DNA of 27,331 nucleotides. Origin: Candidatus Thorarchaeota archaeon. Its GTDB lineage: Archaea > Asgardarchaeota > Thorarchaeia > Thorarchaeales > Thorarchaeaceae. Both the position numbers and the translations under genes were made by a program. The DNA is taken from the NCBI GenBank assembly GCA_048882325.1, contig JBHLRS010000044.1, forward strand, positions 1 through 27,331, given 5' to 3'. Below, in pieces: positions 24,716-27,331 of the stretch; within the stretch, counting starts at the first letter, position 1, and every line of letters starts with the position of its first letter. The notes under the pieces were generated by a model. That model saw only the letters and a list, made by a program, of their open reading frames with translations, was not told the origin of the DNA and did no database searches.

Positions 24716-25564
24716 TCACCTTCGTCTAAGGAAAATGATTGCTAACACAATGACAGCTGCAACAACACCGCCTCCAATAGCTATCAGCTCCCAAGACAGG
24801 GGTGACGGAGTTGTAGTTGGTGTTGTTGTGGTTGATGTTGTAGGTGTTGGCGTAGGTGTTGGCGTAGGTGTTGGTGTGGGTGTTATTGTATGATTGCATG
24901 GTGTTGGCTCGTCGTCGATAACCAGATTGTCAATTGCAGCACCAGCAGTACTGTAGCAATAGAACTCAAGATAAGTAGAAATTGTGACACCATTGTAGGT
25001 AAAGTGGTCTTCGAAGGTTCCATTGTAGTAGATGTCGAAGTGGCCATTACTTGTCCTGCTTATATCAATGTGGTGCCATCCTTGCATGGGATCCTTATTG
25101 AAACTTGAGTGAACTGGATGATAAAGTCCCTTCATCGACCAGGCGACGAAATACCAAGGACTTGGTGGGTGCCCCCAAGCTCCAAAAGCTATAAACTCAG
25201 AGGGGTAATTTGGGATTGGTCTGGATCCGTTAGACATGATATAGACATAGATAACTCCCAGAATATCTGAAGTGTCTGGAACAAACATATCGAAACTCCA
25301 AGTCCCTACATTCACGGTACTGTTGTGCCAGGCATAGTTGAGATCATCATCAAGTACCTTCAGTGTTCCTTCTGCATCTGAGAAGTTGCCTGGTATCTTG
25401 ACTAATGATGTATCATTTTGGTATGCAAATATTGTCCAATCTCCAAGTCCGCCTTCGAAGTTATCACTCCATACAACTGCTGCATTTGTGGTAGTTGTGC
25501 TTACTGAGATGCAGAGTACAAACATTGTAAATCCTGCAATCAGGCGCATGAATCTTGTTTTCAT
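24716..25564 (-). CDS. Secreted, membrane-anchored beta-sandwich (ConA/LamG-like) protein with Pro-Thr linker
   Basis: Signal peptide; VWSDNFE, GTWSFD, GWHHIDISR...FDIYYNG and IDNLVIDD; (PT)n linker; C-terminal TM + RRR. Start ATG 25564 after GGAGG (track 25591). Confidence 0.82.
   Translation of the reverse strand: MKTRFMRLIAGFTMFVLCISVSTTTTNAAVVWSDNFEGGLGDWTIFAYQNDTSLVKIPGNFSDAEGTLKVLDDDLNYAWHNSTVNVGTWSFDMFVPDTSDILGVIYVYIMSNGSRPIPNYPSEFIAFGAWGHPPSPWYFVAWSMKGLYHPVHSSFNKDPMQGWHHIDISRTSNGHFDIYYNGTFEDHFTYNGVTISTYLEFYCYSTAGAAIDNLVIDDEPTPCNHTITPTPTPTPTPTPTPTTSTTTTPTTTPSPLSWELIAIGGGVVAAVIVLAIIFLRRR
24840..24884. repeat. 12-bp coding tandem repeat (GTAGGTGTTGGC, about 3.7 copies) encoding PTPT
   Basis: Directly visible; encodes TPTPTPTPTPTPTPT. 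Confidence 0.85.
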
Positions 25565-25650
25565 ACAATTTTCCTCCCATCCTTTGTCCACGCGAACAAA
25601 GAACCATTTCTTCTGTTATTCGGTACTCATTAGCTCTGAGGGTTTTCTCA

Positions 25651-26865
25651 TCAGGATTCAAACTCTACGAACAGATCGTGTTCGGTGTTATTTAGGTAGA
25701 TATTGGCTGTTACAGTGTTGGTAAATGATTCATAGAGATAGATGCCAATCTTGTTGCTGTTGCAGGTGTTGCCTGTTAAGAAGTTCATATCTGAGAGATT
25801 GAGGAAGATGCCATAATTGCCATTTCTATTACACTTGTTGTTGAAGACTCGATTTCCACCTGAAGAAAAGAGGTAGATGCCACTTTCGGTGTTTTTGGAG
25901 CAGGTGTTACTCCACACGCGGTTGTCATGTGATCCATCTAGGAAGATGCCACGAATTGTATTGTCGTTGCATGTGTTACTAATAATAGCGTTATAATTCG
26001 ACCAAAAGAGGGAGATGCCAATCGAGTCGTTGGAGCAGTAATTGTTTTCCACTGTGATGTAATTCGAATCATGGAGGCCGATGCCAAAGTCAGCGTTGCT
26101 GATGCAGGTGTTGTTCTCCACGGTGTTGAAATCTGAGTTATAGATAATGATACCAACTGTGTTGTAGTTGCAGATATTGTTTATCTCTGTGTTAGAATCC
26201 GAGGCAGCATAGAGGTAGATACCTTGTTCGTTGCGGTTGCAGGTGTTGCCAGTCACATTGTTACCATCTGAATTTCCAAGGTAGATGCCATAATTGGTGT
26301 TGTTGTTGCAGATGTTGTTTGCAATAGTGTTGGAATATGAGTCATAGAGGGTGATGCCAGAGCCATTGCTATTACAGGTGTTGTTAACTAGCTCGCCGTT
26401 TGTAACATTTATCAGGAAGATTGCGGCTCCATCAATGCAGAAGCAGGGTCCATGACCCCAATAGGCACCAGTGATAATGCAGTTGCTAATGGTGAAGCTG
26501 ACTCGTGTATTGCTGATGTTTATACCATGGCCAACTACACCGCCAAGGTCAATTTTCAAACCGTCAATTATGTATGGATTCTCAGGAGATCCATCACCAA
26601 GCCACCCTTCTAGCAAAGCTATATCAGAGAAACTCGTATCCCCATCAATTATTATGGGAGTATGTCGGGTGAGTTTTTGTGGCTGACCATCTAGTATAAT
26701 TATTGGCGGTGGTCGGATCAAGTAATACGCCAGACCAGTTGTTGTCAACATGAATGTCAGACCAACAGCCATGATTGTTCTAGGTCTCAAATGCCAGTTC
26801 AAACCCGTTTTGGAACGTGGTGGAATAGGGCATATTCTTGAACGGTTTTTTATTTTTGATTCCAC
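25651..26865 (-). CDS. NosD/pectin-lyase-like right-handed parallel beta-helix protein with an N-terminal membrane anchor
   Basis: HTPIIIDGD...GWLGDGSPENPYIIDGL cap, then about 11 Asn-rich repeats (GIYL..S..N.[VI].[GN]N.C..N). Single TM at about residues 31-50, no C-terminal TM. GTG start after GAGGCGA. Confidence 0.92.
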   Translation of the reverse strand: MESKIKNRSRICPIPPRSKTGLNWHLRPRTIMAVGLTFMLTTTGLAYYLIRPPPIIILDGQPQKLTRHTPIIIDGDTSFSDIALLEGWLGDGSPENPYIIDGLKIDLGGVVGHGINISNTRVSFTISNCIITGAYWGHGPCFCIDGAAIFLINVTNGELVNNTCNSNGSGITLYDSYSNTIANNICNNNTNYGIYLGNSDGNNVTGNTCNRNEQGIYLYAASDSNTEINNICNYNTVGIIIYNSDFNTVENNTCISNADFGIGLHDSNYITVENNYCSNDSIGISLFWSNYNAIISNTCNDNTIRGIFLDGSHDNRVWSNTCSKNTESGIYLFSSGGNRVFNNKCNRNGNYGIFLNLSDMNFLTGNTCNSNKIGIYLYESFTNTVTANIYLNNTEHDLFVEFES

Positions 26866-27320
26866 TTCAGTCGCCTCTCAATTATTTCAACAAGATACAC
26901 GCCAAGTTCTGTTGGGGGCTTGTCATCTGGAAGAGGGATCTCCCATTCCTCTGCCAGTGTTCGAAGAGTCTTTAGGCATTGGTCCTGCATATCGCATGTA
27001 CCACAAGCACGCTCATGTTCATACCAAATCTGAAGACCAATCTTTGGAGAATAGAAGATGTATGTATCTGTATCGTAAGCAGCACAATAACCTTTGGCGA
27101 TACCAAATCGTGTGCTGATTCGTTCTATTTTTACCCGATTGACTGATGCAGTATGCTGAAGGAGTCGATAGATTCGTTCCTCAGCTGTCTTCTGTGCCAT
27201 GGTGACAAACGGTCGTGATACCTTCAGATCCTTTGCGATATCTGAGGGTCTCTCTCTCTGGCGACGCCTGAGCCAGATGTGACCTTGCTGTTTAGTTGGG
27301 TATCGAAGATATCTGAACAT
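26850..27320 (-). CDS. HTH (sigma70-region-4/Tfx-like) putative transcriptional regulator with a C-terminal H-x3-C-x2-C-x5-C site
   Basis: PTKQQGHIW...PSDIAKDLKVSRPFV..A...AEERI fits an r4-type HTH; QIWYEHERACGTCDMQDQC is a likely metal site. Overlaps the downstream gene by 16 nt. Confidence 0.8.
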   Translation of the reverse strand: MFRYLRYPTKQQGHIWLRRRQRERPSDIAKDLKVSRPFVTMAQKTAEERIYRLLQHTASVNRVKIERISTRFGIAKGYCAAYDTDTYIFYSPKIGLQIWYEHERACGTCDMQDQCLKTLRTLAEEWEIPLPDDKPPTELGVYLVEIIERRLKWNQK

Positions 27321-27331
27321 CTCTCGAACCT

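Noticed and set aside
25750-26400. Short DNA direct repeats (e.g. GTTGCAGGTGTTGCC, GATGCCATAATT) as CRISPR or DGR repeats
   Set aside because: Explained by the beta-helix protein repeats; no regular repeat-spacer period, adenine-specific variation or reverse transcriptase seen.
222-27118. Numerous 60-136 aa ORFs antisense to or nested within the called genes
   Set aside because: Shadow ORFs of well-supported genes with no motifs or translation signals.

Overview
Gene-dense archaeal chromosomal window, roughly 42% GC by eye, with about 30 credible CDS and one intron-less tRNA-Cys(GCA) that the ORF track misses (10350-10424, minus strand). Archaeal GGAGGTGA/GGTGAT-type Shine-Dalgarno (SD) sites, TATA-like boxes, and protein styles such as Thr/Pro-linker + C-terminal TM surface proteins and a NosD-type beta-helix suggest an Asgard archaeon, probably Thorarchaeota (inference). 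Content: a polar amino-acid ABC transporter operon; a TPR protein; many small accessory or detox-type enzymes (YgiD/DODA dioxygenase, VOC, LLM oxidoreductase, dienelactone hydrolase, SnoaL, SRPBCC-SnoaL fusion); three ICMT/PEMT-family membrane methyltransferases; a TetR/SAM-methyltransferase divergon with visible operator repeats; a degenerate CPBP protease; a GPH-type MFS transporter; a divergent split ComD/ComE-like (sulfo- or phosphonopyruvate) decarboxylase linked to a PEMT-like gene; four surface proteins; and an HTH/Zn-site regulator overlapping a membrane-anchored beta-helix gene. I saw no integrase, transposase, CRISPR array or rRNA. Best candidates for novelty: (1) the HTH-Zn regulator / single-pass beta-helix pair as a possible anti-sigma-like transmembrane signalling module; (2) a FYVE-like-spaced multi-zinc-finger fused to a methyltransferase; (3) the ComDE-like + PEMT operon; (4) a shared C-terminal anchor signature on surface proteins, one next to a CPBP enzyme; (5) two probable CUG start codons; (6) a tRNA-Cys with an A18/G55 elbow.
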